From a virus, in IMG/VR virus record IMGVR_UViG_3300036981_000377, positions 36,407 through 100,406 of that record: DNA of 64,000 bases; one strand, written 5' to 3'. This document shows positions 42,816 through 53,165 of the stretch, in pieces (the stretch's first letter is position 1; each line of letters begins with the position of its first letter). Below the pieces are notes generated by a model. It searched no databases. It was not told the origin of the DNA and was given only the letters and a program-made list of their open reading frames with translations. The position numbers and the translations under genes are program-made.

Positions 42816-43309
42816 TTAGTTTCTTCTTTACTGGCTTCAGCGGCTTGGGCAGCGTTAACGCGTTTGGCAGCGTTAATAGCCCGTTGAATAAGAATTTTTG
42901 TCGGATACGCTAAAAACGGCAATTTGCGTTTAGTTGCTTCTTCTTTTAACCAGCCCACAATTTCGGTAATATTTTGTTCGCACCACTCTATGCCCATCTC
43001 GTCCATCTTCTTTGCGCGAGCATTGCACGAGCAATTTGGCGTGGCTTTTATTCCAACTTTAGACAACAACCGTTTTAACTGTGTGCCGGGTCCGGCTAAA
43101 TTCAACTGCGCAATAGGCGTTGCAGGCGGCTCGACAACTGGCGGAGTAGTGGCTGCTTTCTGGCCACATTCTGGCATTTTGTCAGCGATAGCTTGAAACT
43201 GTTCTTTCAAGACTTTCGGAATAGTTGTTTTTTTAGCGCAGTTTTTGCACTGAAAACACACAAATTTTTCAGGTACTTTTGCGGGTACCTCTATAAAGTC
43301 ACAACGCAT
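42812..43309 (-). CDS. Conserved phage protein (GPGTQLKRLL..CSCNARA..MD..G..WC)
   Basis: Motif recalled from phage proteins found next to Cys-rich tail genes; AGGAGG SD. Confidence 0.75.
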   Translation of the reverse strand: MRCDFIEVPAKVPEKFVCFQCKNCAKKTTIPKVLKEQFQAIADKMPECGQKAATTPPVVEPPATPIAQLNLAGPGTQLKRLLSKVGIKATPNCSCNARAKKMDEMGIEWCEQNITEIVGWLKEEATKRKLPFLAYPTKILIQRAINAAKRVNAAQAAEASKEETK

Positions 43310-43339
43310 CGCGCCCTCCTGCGGTTAAACAGCTTTCAA

Positions 43340-43367
43340 AGCATAATTTTAATTGGCAGTTTGTCAA
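43340..43367 (-). promoter_or_regulatory. Sigma70-like promoter
   Basis: TTGACA-N16-TATGCT, 30 nt upstream of ATG 43309. Confidence 0.6.
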
Positions 43368-43390
43368 TCTAAAACGTTGCGGCTACGCTA

Positions 43391-45526
43391 CTAAGGGCAA
43401 ACAATAGTCACTGGCGTATTATTGCACGGCCCGTCTACGGTGGTGTTGCAGGCGCCGGCTGTGTCACATGTCACCGTGCCGTATATTGTGCCGCCTTGTC
43501 GTTTTGCTGCAATATTAAAGCTAGCGTTACAACGTATAATTCCGCTAGCCAGCACGGCTGAATCGTTAAAGGAAGCGGCGCCATTAATTTCGCCGCTTTC
43601 ATTAAATGAGTAGCCGTAAAAGCTAGCGTTACCATTTACAACGCCGTAATTAGCTGCAAAATTCGAAAAAATAGCGTTACCGTTTATCGTGCCCACGCGC
43701 GGCGGCGAAACAGTATTGTTTCTGTTTAATATTGCATTGCCGTTAAACCGAGCAGTGCCGAGCACGTTCACTGTAATTTCTAAAGCCAATACTGGGCCGG
43801 ATTGTTCATGCCACAAATTTTTTACGCACGGTGTTGGGCCAGTGTTTTTGTCTATTTGATACAGCAGCTTAACGGTATCTGCCGCTGTGGGCAGCGTTGT
43901 AGGCGTCGGGCCTGTCTGGGTTGATACGTGCCAGTTTGCTAATATGTTCCAGTCTGTGCTGTCGCTACCGCCGGCAGTTCCGGTGAAATACAGTGTGCGG
44001 GCTCCGGGGGTGGGCCCGCTGCTGCTTTGGCTGAAAATACTGCTGCTAGAGCTACTAGAGCTACTCCGGCTAGAACTACTAGAACTGCTAGCGCTACTTT
44101 GGCTAGAGCTACTAGAACTGCTAGAGCTACTAGAGCTACTAGAGCTACTCCGGCTAGAGCTACTAGAACTGCTAGAGCTATTAGAGCTACTCTGGTTAGA
44201 GCTAATAAAACTGCTAGAGCTACTGCTGTTAGAGCTGCTTGATCCCGTATTTTCGCCAATCGTTATGGTAACCGCGCCGTTGCAGTTTGTGTCAGTTAAG
44301 CCAGAGCAGTTTATTGCTGTTGCGCACAGCGGGAACACGTATGTCCCGGGCGGCGCCGTTTCAAACGATACACCAATCACAGCTAAAAATTGTTCAGCGC
44401 TTACTGTAAACGTTGCCGGATAATCGGCGGCAGTTATGACGCCAGAGTTTAACGTGTACTCTACGGGCGGGTCGAAGTGCGTCGTAAAAAATGTCCAAGA
44501 AGTTTGACTTGCTTCAGCTTCTGTGGCGTCGCTTACGACAATACTGACATTGATAAAGTCACCCGGACCAAAACTGTTCAGCGGTGTACCAGTTCCGGTC
44601 CCGCCGGAGAAATTAATCGGTGTGAACGTCGTTGTATTGCAACTGCCGCTAGAGCTCGACGAGACATCATCGCTAGAGCTGGATGACAAGCTAGCGCTGG
44701 AGTTTGATGACGCGCACGGACCGGGGCAAGGTGGCGGATTGAAGCCCGGAGGAAGCGGCGCTTGCTCAAAACCACACGACGTTTGATTGAATATGAAAAG
44801 CCCTTGTGCTTTTAGTACGGGGCCGTTTGTACTGCAGTCGCAATCGCTGCACCACTCAAACGTCATAAACGAGCCGGCGCAACCAACTCCCGTGATTTTC
44901 AGTAAATAAACTTGCTCACCACAAATTGTTTCTGTGGTATCGCTTAGCCCGTCGAATGCCGCGTCGCAGTCACAAGAAGAACTTGAAGACCCCGGCGGCG
45001 TTGTCCCGCCCGATGAGCTTGAACCGGGTCCGGGCGGGCCACCGCCGTCGTCGCACGATCTCCAAATTATCTCAACTGGAACACAGTCACAGCCTCCGGG
45101 CTTGAAACCCGGCAGGTACGTGATTAAGCCGTACTGCGTGCCGTCAGGGCAAAATAGCGGCTTGCCGGGCGGGCACGCAGGCACTGGAAAACACGGCGGT
45201 GGAGTGCCGCCGCAGTTCATACCGCAATCCGCCCAATTTTGATAAGTTCCACCGTCCTCTACTGAAAAACAATTGCCAGTATTAGGATTACACGAATACC
45301 CAATTGCTTTGCACACGCCGTTTTTTAAAGTTTTACCAATGGGGCATTTACAAATGCATTTGGGTTTTTTAATTGTGCCCCCGGTGCATTTTGTGTCTAA
45401 ACATTTACACTCGTCGCTATCTGGGTCAACGCCGCTGCCCGGACAGCCGCACTTACACTTCTGCTCTGTGTCAAAGCAGGGGTAATCAGGATATTCGTCG
45501 CAATTATCTACTTGTACGCAACCCAT
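43391..45526 (-). CDS. Cys-rich / poly-Ser protein with C-terminal beta-helix-like adhesin domain
   Basis: Cys-rich N-terminus, ~75-aa Ser tract, then DW...NW....P...D motif and GxVNGNAxF-type repeats. Confidence 0.8.
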   Translation of the reverse strand: MGCVQVDNCDEYPDYPCFDTEQKCKCGCPGSGVDPDSDECKCLDTKCTGGTIKKPKCICKCPIGKTLKNGVCKAIGYSCNPNTGNCFSVEDGGTYQNWADCGMNCGGTPPPCFPVPACPPGKPLFCPDGTQYGLITYLPGFKPGGCDCVPVEIIWRSCDDGGGPPGPGSSSSGGTTPPGSSSSSCDCDAAFDGLSDTTETICGEQVYLLKITGVGCAGSFMTFEWCSDCDCSTNGPVLKAQGLFIFNQTSCGFEQAPLPPGFNPPPCPGPCASSNSSASLSSSSSDDVSSSSSGSCNTTTFTPINFSGGTGTGTPLNSFGPGDFINVSIVVSDATEAEASQTSWTFFTTHFDPPVEYTLNSGVITAADYPATFTVSAEQFLAVIGVSFETAPPGTYVFPLCATAINCSGLTDTNCNGAVTITIGENTGSSSSNSSSSSSFISSNQSSSNSSSSSSSSSRSSSSSSSSSSSSSSSSQSSASSSSSSSRSSSSSSSSSIFSQSSSGPTPGARTLYFTGTAGGSDSTDWNILANWHVSTQTGPTPTTLPTAADTVKLLYQIDKNTGPTPCVKNLWHEQSGPVLALEITVNVLGTARFNGNAILNRNNTVSPPRVGTINGNAIFSNFAANYGVVNGNASFYGYSFNESGEINGAASFNDSAVLASGIIRCNASFNIAAKRQGGTIYGTVTCDTAGACNTTVDGPCNNTPVTIVCP
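44040..44240 (-). repeat. Poly-Ser coding low-complexity repeat (AGT AGC TCT units)
   Basis: ctactagag / ctagagcta units on the plus strand. Confidence 0.9.
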
Positions 45527-45529
45527 AAT

Positions 45530-46903
45530 TTAATCATCGCAAATATAGGGTAAACTATCAAAAGTATTTACCGGCGTTAATTTTAACATTTCAGCCGCCG
45601 AAGTTGATGACGCAAAATAGTTATTGCTTGAATACGTCGGCGCTGCGCGCATAGCTTGCGCTGGGAGCGGGCAATCGCAAACAGTTGCGGCGCAGAAACC
45701 CAGCGTAGTATTAACACAACAAACCCAATTAGCTTCTGGGCAACATCCGGTCGGACAAACGGTTTCGTCAGCGCCGCACCCCACCAGCGCCAGGCCATCT
45801 TCTTCAGGAACACCGTCTTCCCCGCGCGGGAAGGCTATGTCGTCGCAACGTAAGCCGGCGATCCAAGTGCCTTCGCATTCGCACTCGGTTACTTCGGACT
45901 CGCAATTAGCCCCGGTACAGCACGCCCCAGTTGGAATAACACCGCACGGGAAAAACACATTCCCGGCATTTTCGGCTGCACACGTGCCCTGATCCGTGTT
46001 GTATGTTGTGCAATCTGGCCGCTGACATATTGCTTCGTCTGCGCATTTGCACTCTCCTTCGCAGCAGTGCCCAGTTACTGTTGGGCCGGGAGCGCCACCA
46101 CTACACGTTCTGGTTTCCGGGTCAAATTCAGTCCCCGGCGGGCAGCATCCACCAACGCCCGGAATTTCTCCATCTGCGTCGTATTTTGGTGTTGGCGTCC
46201 AGCCGGGCGGACAGCATTCATCGCAGTCAGCGTCTACGGCGCACTCGACGCTGCTGCCGCTGCTACTTGATGGCAAGCAAACCCAGAACGGCTTGCACAC
46301 CCATCCGCTTGTATTCGAGCTGCTGCTAGAATACCGGCTGCTGCTACTACTGCTACTGCTACTGCTATCGGCGCTGCCGCTAGACGAGCCGCAAGGAACT
46401 GCGGTACAAGGCTGGTCTAGATAAAATACACCGCCAAGAATGTAGCAATCGTATTCTGTGCCAAAAGAACACGTCGCTATAGTTTCGCCGGGGGTAATTA
46501 CTGTTGTGCACTCAACTACCGGTACACAAACTGTGTCTCCGTAATTTGGATCGTCTGGATCGCTAACCGTGCCGCATGATTCACTTGACCAGCACGACTC
46601 GCTAGAACCCGGCGGGCCTTGAGTGTACGTGCAGCAGGCGCCGTACGGCGTATAGTAACTGCTGCTAGAGTAACTGCTACTGCTATCGCTACTGCTACTG
46701 CTATCGCTACTGCTACTGCAGTTTACTCCTTCGTCACCGCATGTTTTACCTGCAAACCACTCGCCATTAGCGGACAAACATTCGCATTTATTTTTCTGCG
46801 AGCATGCGCCGTTTATGCAACATGCGCCGCAGCAAAACCCGTCCGTCGCAGCCAGACCTCCAGTGCCTATTAACAGCTGTCCGTTGTATGTGTAAAGCGG
46901 CAT
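45530..46903 (-). CDS. Cys-rich protein with three GACC repeats and poly-Ser linkers
   Basis: About 52 Cys in 457 aa (hand count). Confidence 0.8.
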   Translation of the reverse strand: MPLYTYNGQLLIGTGGLAATDGFCCGACCINGACSQKNKCECLSANGEWFAGKTCGDEGVNCSSSSDSSSSSDSSSSYSSSSYYTPYGACCTYTQGPPGSSESCWSSESCGTVSDPDDPNYGDTVCVPVVECTTVITPGETIATCSFGTEYDCYILGGVFYLDQPCTAVPCGSSSGSADSSSSSSSSSSRYSSSSSNTSGWVCKPFWVCLPSSSSGSSVECAVDADCDECCPPGWTPTPKYDADGEIPGVGGCCPPGTEFDPETRTCSGGAPGPTVTGHCCEGECKCADEAICQRPDCTTYNTDQGTCAAENAGNVFFPCGVIPTGACCTGANCESEVTECECEGTWIAGLRCDDIAFPRGEDGVPEEDGLALVGCGADETVCPTGCCPEANWVCCVNTTLGFCAATVCDCPLPAQAMRAAPTYSSNNYFASSTSAAEMLKLTPVNTFDSLPYICDD

Positions 46904-46918
46904 ACATTGTTACTCGTA

Positions 46919-48895
46919 CTAATCCGGGTCGCCGCCGCAATACGTTCCGGGCGGGCAACCCGGCGTGCACGGGCTGCAGCCTTCAGAGCAGCATGTTGGT
47001 GCTGGACCGCTACTGGACCCACCACCACCGCCACCACCGCCACCGCCCGTAGAACAAGCTGATGTGTTAAGCGTGATCGTAGCCGATAGTTGCGGCGAGC
47101 ACGGGTCAGCGTTATCGACGCTAATTTGACCAGACCCGAAACCACCCAGACTAATCGGGCCGCCGTAAATTTGCGGAGTTGTGGGCCAAATAATTTCTGC
47201 GTGTATCTCTTGATTTCCGTCAACGTCTTTGTCTGACACGATAAGTGTGCACTCCGGGTCGGCGTCGCAGACAGTTCTTGTAATTACGGTTTTACCCGCA
47301 GTTAATTTGCCAACGCCGGCTGGCGGCGGCGGAACTGTTACAAACAAGTAAATTTCAAATTCGCACGGGTTACGCCCGTTCGGCACAGCCGGGACCGGCA
47401 CTATTCGAATATCGTTTATCGCAAAATTGTTACCAACAGCGTAGAACGTGTTAGCGTATCTAAATACGGGGCACGGTATTTTTGGAATCGGTATAACCAG
47501 ATCGAGTTTAATATCAAATTGGCACGTGTCGGGTGTGTTGCAATCGCCAGTCGTAATAACCGGCGTTGTGTACAGTCGCGACGGATACGGGCGGGGTTCA
47601 TCTTCGTATACAACGGCTAGGGCAATTGGTTGTTCTGGGAATGTTGGGCACACTGGCCGCGGTATAGGTAGATTTAGGTCTAATGTAAAATCAAATTGGC
47701 ACGTGTCAGGCGTATTGCAGCCGTTGCCCGGAATTTCTGTCGTAGTTACGGTTAGTTTGTTTTGTCCACTAATGCAATTTGCGTAACCAATGTTTACGTT
47801 TACTGGTTGTTGATAATTAATCACCGGGCAGCGCGGCGCTGGAATTGGGATGTTTAAATCAAGGTCAAAATCAAACTGACACGTGTCGGGCGTATTACAT
47901 CCGTCGCCCGGAATTTCTGTCGTAGTTACGGTTAGTTTGTTTTGCCCAGTAACACAGTTTGAGTAACCAGTTTTTACGGTTACGGTTTGCTCAGTATTAA
48001 TCACTGGGCAGCGCGGTGCTGGAATTGGAATATTTAAATCGAGGTCAAAATCAAACTGACACGTGTCAGGGGTATTGCAGCCGTCTCCCGGGACATCTAC
48101 TGTCGTTACTGTCAGTTTGTTTTGACCAGTAACACAATCTGAGTAACCAGTTTTTACGGTTACTGTTTGCTCGGTATTAATCACCGGGCAGCGAGGCGCC
48201 GGAATTGGGATGTTTAAATCAAGGTCAAAATCAAACTGGCACGTGTCAGGCGTATTACAACCATCGCCCGGGACTTCTACTGTCGTTACTGTTAGTTTGT
48301 TTTGTCCAGTAACGCAATCTGCGTAACCTGTTTTTACGGTTACTGGCTGCTCGGTATTAATAATCGGGCAGCGCGGCGCCGGAATCGGGATGTTTAAATC
48401 GAGGACCATGTCAAAAGAGCACGGGTCGTCATTTTCGCAATCGCCGGGTGTTGGCGTGACCTCAAGTTTGTTTTTAGTAGTAAAGCAGCTTGATTTATTG
48501 AACGCTGTCGTTACTGTTACTTTTGCTGGATTGAATACGGGGCATGGCGGCGCTGGAATCGGGATGTCCAGATCAAGCCCAATTAAAAATTCGCAACCAA
48601 TTGTTTGCGTAACAACAATTCCGCCGCGAGCGCTTTCAGAGCTATTGCTACTGTTGCAACGAGGTTGTTGGCGCACAGAAACAGTCGTGGTGCCGGGACT
48701 AATGTCTGGGCAAAACTCATCCGCCGGCGGTACAAATGGCGGGCACGTTGGTAGGTCGCAGTCGTAGATCGGCGGCGGAGGTGGCGGGATCGTGCAGTCT
48801 GCGATAAATGTAAAATCGACCTTGCAGGGAGAATTGATAATGCAGCTATTATCAAACAGCGCGACCGGGCACGACGATGATGAGGAGCTGGGCAT
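46919..48895 (-). CDS. Cys/Pro-rich protein with 60-aa tandem repeats (fibre/spike-like)
   Basis: Repeat unit CQFDFDLDLNIPIPAPRCP..; start at MPSSSSSSC. Confidence 0.8.
   Translation of the reverse strand: MPSSSSSSCPVALFDNSCIINSPCKVDFTFIADCTIPPPPPPIYDCDLPTCPPFVPPADEFCPDISPGTTTVSVRQQPRCNSSNSSESARGGIVVTQTIGCEFLIGLDLDIPIPAPPCPVFNPAKVTVTTAFNKSSCFTTKNKLEVTPTPGDCENDDPCSFDMVLDLNIPIPAPRCPIINTEQPVTVKTGYADCVTGQNKLTVTTVEVPGDGCNTPDTCQFDFDLDLNIPIPAPRCPVINTEQTVTVKTGYSDCVTGQNKLTVTTVDVPGDGCNTPDTCQFDFDLDLNIPIPAPRCPVINTEQTVTVKTGYSNCVTGQNKLTVTTTEIPGDGCNTPDTCQFDFDLDLNIPIPAPRCPVINYQQPVNVNIGYANCISGQNKLTVTTTEIPGNGCNTPDTCQFDFTLDLNLPIPRPVCPTFPEQPIALAVVYEDEPRPYPSRLYTTPVITTGDCNTPDTCQFDIKLDLVIPIPKIPCPVFRYANTFYAVGNNFAINDIRIVPVPAVPNGRNPCEFEIYLFVTVPPPPAGVGKLTAGKTVITRTVCDADPECTLIVSDKDVDGNQEIHAEIIWPTTPQIYGGPISLGGFGSGQISVDNADPCSPQLSATITLNTSACSTGGGGGGGGGGSSSGPAPTCCSEGCSPCTPGCPPGTYCGGDPD
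47470..48600 (-). repeat. 180-bp tandem repeat (about 4 close plus 2-3 degenerate copies)
   Basis: ACGTGTC(A/G)GG recurs at 47701, 47881, 48061 and 48241; degenerate copies near 47524 and 48421. Confidence 0.9.
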
Positions 48896-48900
48896 GACGA

Positions 48901-49842
48901 TTAGCAATTCTTCGAGATAACATTGTCTGATACGGTTATGTTTAGCGTGCTTAATTCAGCGTCTGTCACTATTTGAATGCCAGTGCCGGGGCTTAGGTTT
49001 ACGTTAGGCCCGGGTAGTCCATTAATTGACGTAATAACTTCATTGCAGGCCGGCCCGCCGCTTAAAAACTGACTGCGCGGGTCGCCGTTACCGTCAACAG
49101 GCGGCAGCTCGTCGGCAAAAAATTTAAGCTCTCCGTGATTTTCACATAGCTCGGCTGCGCCAGTGCCTGTCGTGTCAGCTCCTAGTAGTGGCGCTATTGT
49201 AATTGTGCGCGAATTGTCGTTTTGTGTAATTTCACAATTAAAACCGGGAATAAATTTTATGTTGTCTTTTAGGCATTCTTGGTAGCTAATGACTTCGCGA
49301 GGAGTAGAAGAAGAACTGGAGACAGTCGCGCACGGCGGTATTACCTCACGTGAATAATTACCAATACTTATTGACCGTAAATATCCGTTAACTAGCGACT
49401 GCACTCGGCGCGGTTCGACAACGCGCTCTGTATTGAATACGAGCGTAGTCCCGTTAGCTAGCTCGGCGTTGCGAATGTCGCCCGAGACTACAAAACCCTC
49501 CCACGCTGGTTCTGTAGCGCAGAACGTAGTGCCGGTTACCGGAGCGCTATCTACGTGTTCTGTTGTCCACTCTTCGGCAGTGGTTGCGCGCGTGAACGTA
49601 AGCGGTTTGTCGGAAGCACCGGGCGCGTTAGTTCGAAATTCAAATTGATAAACGTCAGCAATTCTGGTAACGCTGTGTAGATATACAAAGTGCAAAGCGG
49701 CGTCAAACCCGCTGTCTATGCCCATGATAAAACCACAGTCCACGATAAGCCCGGTAGGCAATACAGCTGCGGCGTACGTCTTTTTATGGACGAACGGAAA
49801 TTGGCGGTATTCGTTATCGTTGTAAAATCCGTCGCGGGGCAT
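48901..49842 (-). CDS. Putative baseplate/tail protein, paralog family member
   Basis: N-terminal NEYRQFPF; ITSINGLPGPNVNL. Confidence 0.75.
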   Translation of the reverse strand: MPRDGFYNDNEYRQFPFVHKKTYAAAVLPTGLIVDCGFIMGIDSGFDAALHFVYLHSVTRIADVYQFEFRTNAPGASDKPLTFTRATTAEEWTTEHVDSAPVTGTTFCATEPAWEGFVVSGDIRNAELANGTTLVFNTERVVEPRRVQSLVNGYLRSISIGNYSREVIPPCATVSSSSSTPREVISYQECLKDNIKFIPGFNCEITQNDNSRTITIAPLLGADTTGTGAAELCENHGELKFFADELPPVDGNGDPRSQFLSGGPACNEVITSINGLPGPNVNLSPGTGIQIVTDAELSTLNITVSDNVISKNC

Positions 49843-50645
49843 TAAAACACCTTAGAACCAACAGCAGCTATTTTTAATGTGTTATTTTCGGGATAAACTC
49901 TGAGTATAGCGGCTGTCTTAGCCGTACTTATGCCCGGGGCGTTAGTTGCAACAGTTATTGTAAAATTGCCGTATTTATCGGGTTCGCAGCCGTTAATGGT
50001 CTTTAAAAAGGTTTTTGGCGTAAAGTCTCCGACGGGGTTGCCAGTCTCGTCTAGGCACTGAATTCGTTTAAAAAGCGGCTCGCCCACAATATCGACCCGA
50101 ATCGTATTATCGGCCTCTGCGCGTAAAACCACGCCCTTTTCGCCTACCAGCCACACGTCCCCCGTTAAAAGGCCTCCAGACGGCTCTAGAAGGCCGCGTA
50201 CGCCCGGTTCTTGCGCAGGGACTACCGCAGACGCCACAAGCTCTGTAGCGGCCTGTGTGAAGGTGTGCACGCCTAACGGCCACCCGCTCAGCAGGTTCAG
50301 GCCCTCCGTTAGACCGATTATTATGCCGGCCGGGCGTCCGTACTTGTCTATTAGCGGTAAAGGCGTGAAATCGTCGCTGGCGAGCTCTAACGGGGCATAC
50401 GACGCGGAGCAGGTGTTTTGCCGGGCGCTGTCGGTAAGCCTAATTGTCACTAAGTTATTATTTAACTCTATGCTGGAAATGAATACGCCAACCGCGCCGT
50501 TAATTGTGTAAACGCTAACGTCCACAAAACAGTTTTTTGGGATATAAAAGCCATCTCGTGACTTTAGCGTGGCGCTATCGTTAAATGGGTACCGCGAGTC
50601 GCTTTGCTCATCGCGAAACTCTGGGAATACAATTCTGGCGCTCAT
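49842..50645 (-). CDS. Putative baseplate/tail protein, paralog family member
   Basis: SRYPFNDSAT; LKTINGCEPDKYGNFTI. Confidence 0.75.
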   Translation of the reverse strand: MSARIVFPEFRDEQSDSRYPFNDSATLKSRDGFYIPKNCFVDVSVYTINGAVGVFISSIELNNNLVTIRLTDSARQNTCSASYAPLELASDDFTPLPLIDKYGRPAGIIIGLTEGLNLLSGWPLGVHTFTQAATELVASAVVPAQEPGVRGLLEPSGGLLTGDVWLVGEKGVVLRAEADNTIRVDIVGEPLFKRIQCLDETGNPVGDFTPKTFLKTINGCEPDKYGNFTITVATNAPGISTAKTAAILRVYPENNTLKIAAVGSKVF

Positions 50646-51530
50646 TTAAATTCCTGCACTTGAACTGGATGTCTCGCACTGATCCACGCCTTCCCGCGGC
50701 GGTTCGTACGGGCGTTTTCCACAAATCTCAGGCAGGTCGATATCGAGATACAGCCCAAAACCGCCGCAGTCAGCAAACGGGACAATTGTTAAATCTGTGG
50801 TGCCCGACAGAATATTTATGTTGCCGTCGCAGTCTGGTGTTATGCCGTTTATTGATTCGATAGGCGTCTGCGGACAGGTGCCGCTTTCCGGGCGCTGCGA
50901 GCATGGCCCTAAAAAGAATTTAAGGGGGTTGTAACCTATAAGACCAACAGTGGCGTCTAAACCAAAAACTAGCGCTTGTGTTGTTTTGCCGTTTACTTGA
51001 ATTTCTCGCAGCTCGGTCACGAGAGGCGCGGCAGTCACAATGTTTACTAACCCGGCAAGACTGGTGCCTACGCCATATTTTCCAATAGACGTCACAGGGA
51101 GAGCCGAATAAGCCCGAGCGTTATTTTCAAGCAATAACGTTTGCCGCGGCGAAGAATAGCGTGCAGTAAAATTCTCACTCACGCCGTCTCCAAATACGCA
51201 CCAACCAGCAACGCCCGATACTAGTGCTTGTACAGCGTAATTTTTATTAAGCTGCAACGGCTTGGGCGCGCTAATTGCGGCGATAGGCGTGCTCGTTGTT
51301 GCGTCTTCATCTGCAGCAGCGCCAATCACGACCGTGACGATTCCCGCAGAGACCGTAATAGCCTGCACAAAAGCTACCGATCCGTATGTTTTTGGGTAAC
51401 GAATGTTGCAATCAACAAGGATGCTGTCGCGTATGCTGTTTCCGTCATCGTCAATGCCCGTACTTCGATCGTTAAGCGGATAGCGCCGCCCGGCCTGCAG
51501 GTCATACCAATTTTGATTACGTACAGGCAT
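50646..51530 (-). CDS. Putative baseplate/tail protein, paralog family member
   Basis: RRYPLNDRST; IESINGITPDCDGNINI. Confidence 0.75.
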   Translation of the reverse strand: MPVRNQNWYDLQAGRRYPLNDRSTGIDDDGNSIRDSILVDCNIRYPKTYGSVAFVQAITVSAGIVTVVIGAAADEDATTSTPIAAISAPKPLQLNKNYAVQALVSGVAGWCVFGDGVSENFTARYSSPRQTLLLENNARAYSALPVTSIGKYGVGTSLAGLVNIVTAAPLVTELREIQVNGKTTQALVFGLDATVGLIGYNPLKFFLGPCSQRPESGTCPQTPIESINGITPDCDGNINILSGTTDLTIVPFADCGGFGLYLDIDLPEICGKRPYEPPREGVDQCETSSSSAGI

Positions 51531-53162
51531 TTAAATACTGCTGCTGCTTGAGGACGCGGTGGTAGGGCCGCAAGTTATTGCCGGTATTACCGTTGAGCCG
51601 TCAGGCCCGCAGTACAGAGATTTTACTATAATGAACTCTGCTGCGTCAGTTCCGTCGCAGCCGGCAATTATGTTTTCTACGGCGCCACTCTCTTGTGTTA
51701 TTTGCCCCGTTACAACTAATTGCAAATCTGTAGGCGCAGATTGATTAAAACGTAAACGGAACTGAACTTCGGCGGAATTGCCGATGTCTACTTTACCGAC
51801 ATCAGCCTGAAATACAGGCCAAGAACCGCCAAGTGTTGCAAGGCCGCGGCGAGCATTTGATGTCGTTATAGCCGTAAAACCGCACACTGTTTCTGCCGTG
51901 TTGCCGTTACTCGACACAAATGACATAGACAACGTTACTGCTGGCGCACATGCCGAGCATTTATTGCAGTACTGCACAATCACGTCGATATATGGGCATC
52001 GTTGCGGCGTCATGCACGCTTGCAGCGGTTTTTGAAGTCGGCATTCTTGTTGCCGTATCCAGCGATCTATGTTATCGCTGTGTTTTTCTACAACGCTTAA
52101 CTCGTCACCGCGAACAACGCGACCAATAACGCGATACCTGTCGGCTGTGCGATTCATGTACAGCCCAAGGTTGACGTAGTCGTCACATGTGCAGCATGCC
52201 GGGCAGTTGCTGTTAATTTGCCACACTGGAGTGTTTGCGCCGGCCGGGCATACACATCCAGCACTGGCTGTTGACGAAGATGCGCCATTAACAGTCAAAG
52301 CCGTACCCACGAGTGTCGTGGGTCGATTAAGCCACAAGCAGTCTGATGAGCCTAGTAAGATATTCGGCCCGGTTAAACCATTTATTTCGTAGATGGGCGG
52401 TGTCGTTGTGTCACAGTCTGTGTATTTTCCTTTTCCGGACCCGGCAGCGGCGTTTAACGTAACTTGTCGTGTAGCGCGCACACCGCGAGTTTGCTGTTCG
52501 GAGGCTGTGAGTGTCGTGTTATAGCCGTATTCAAAATCAATTTCGCCGGCTAGTTTTATGGCTGCCGCGGAACCTAGCGCCTCTGTTTTGCCGTTTGACA
52601 CATAAATAGAGTTCACGCGCTTTGGCATTTTGTAGATAGCGCGCTCGTCAATGGTGCCGTTGTTTGGTGTTATGTGCGTGGTGTAATTGCGCGCAACATC
52701 ATCGTCGTTGCCCAGCTCTGCCGACACGGGCCATGTTTTGTAGGCGACGAGGCGGCAAACAGACGAGCCGGAAATCCATTCGTAGATGTGATAGTCGTAA
52801 GTGTTCGACGGAGACGCGCCGGTGTGACGAGCGCCCCAGTCCCACGCATCAAATGAAACGGCGGCTGACGCAATAGACGAAAAGACTACGTTATCGTTTG
52901 CGTCGGTCACAACGATGTCGGCGGCGTGGGTGGGCACATACGGGCCGGTTGCTGGCACGCACCCTAACCCATATAGCCAAGAAATTTTTAGTGGGTGACT
53001 TATTGCCTCGTCTAAATCTTCGTAGGCCAGATAAAAGTCAGCGATAAGATACCGAATATCTTCAGACGGATTTACAAACGGATAATGCAATCCGCTTTGC
53101 GGTTGGTTAACACCAATACCACGACGCCCGGCCGAAGAATATTCGAATGCTGCGCACGTCAT
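51531..53162 (-). CDS. Putative baseplate/tail protein, divergent paralog
   Basis: LHYPF; IYEINGLTGPNI; CPACCTC. Confidence 0.75.
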   Translation of the reverse strand: MTCAAFEYSSAGRRGIGVNQPQSGLHYPFVNPSEDIRYLIADFYLAYEDLDEAISHPLKISWLYGLGCVPATGPYVPTHAADIVVTDANDNVVFSSIASAAVSFDAWDWGARHTGASPSNTYDYHIYEWISGSSVCRLVAYKTWPVSAELGNDDDVARNYTTHITPNNGTIDERAIYKMPKRVNSIYVSNGKTEALGSAAAIKLAGEIDFEYGYNTTLTASEQQTRGVRATRQVTLNAAAGSGKGKYTDCDTTTPPIYEINGLTGPNILLGSSDCLWLNRPTTLVGTALTVNGASSSTASAGCVCPAGANTPVWQINSNCPACCTCDDYVNLGLYMNRTADRYRVIGRVVRGDELSVVEKHSDNIDRWIRQQECRLQKPLQACMTPQRCPYIDVIVQYCNKCSACAPAVTLSMSFVSSNGNTAETVCGFTAITTSNARRGLATLGGSWPVFQADVGKVDIGNSAEVQFRLRFNQSAPTDLQLVVTGQITQESGAVENIIAGCDGTDAAEFIIVKSLYCGPDGSTVIPAITCGPTTASSSSSSI

Positions 53163-53165
53163 ACT

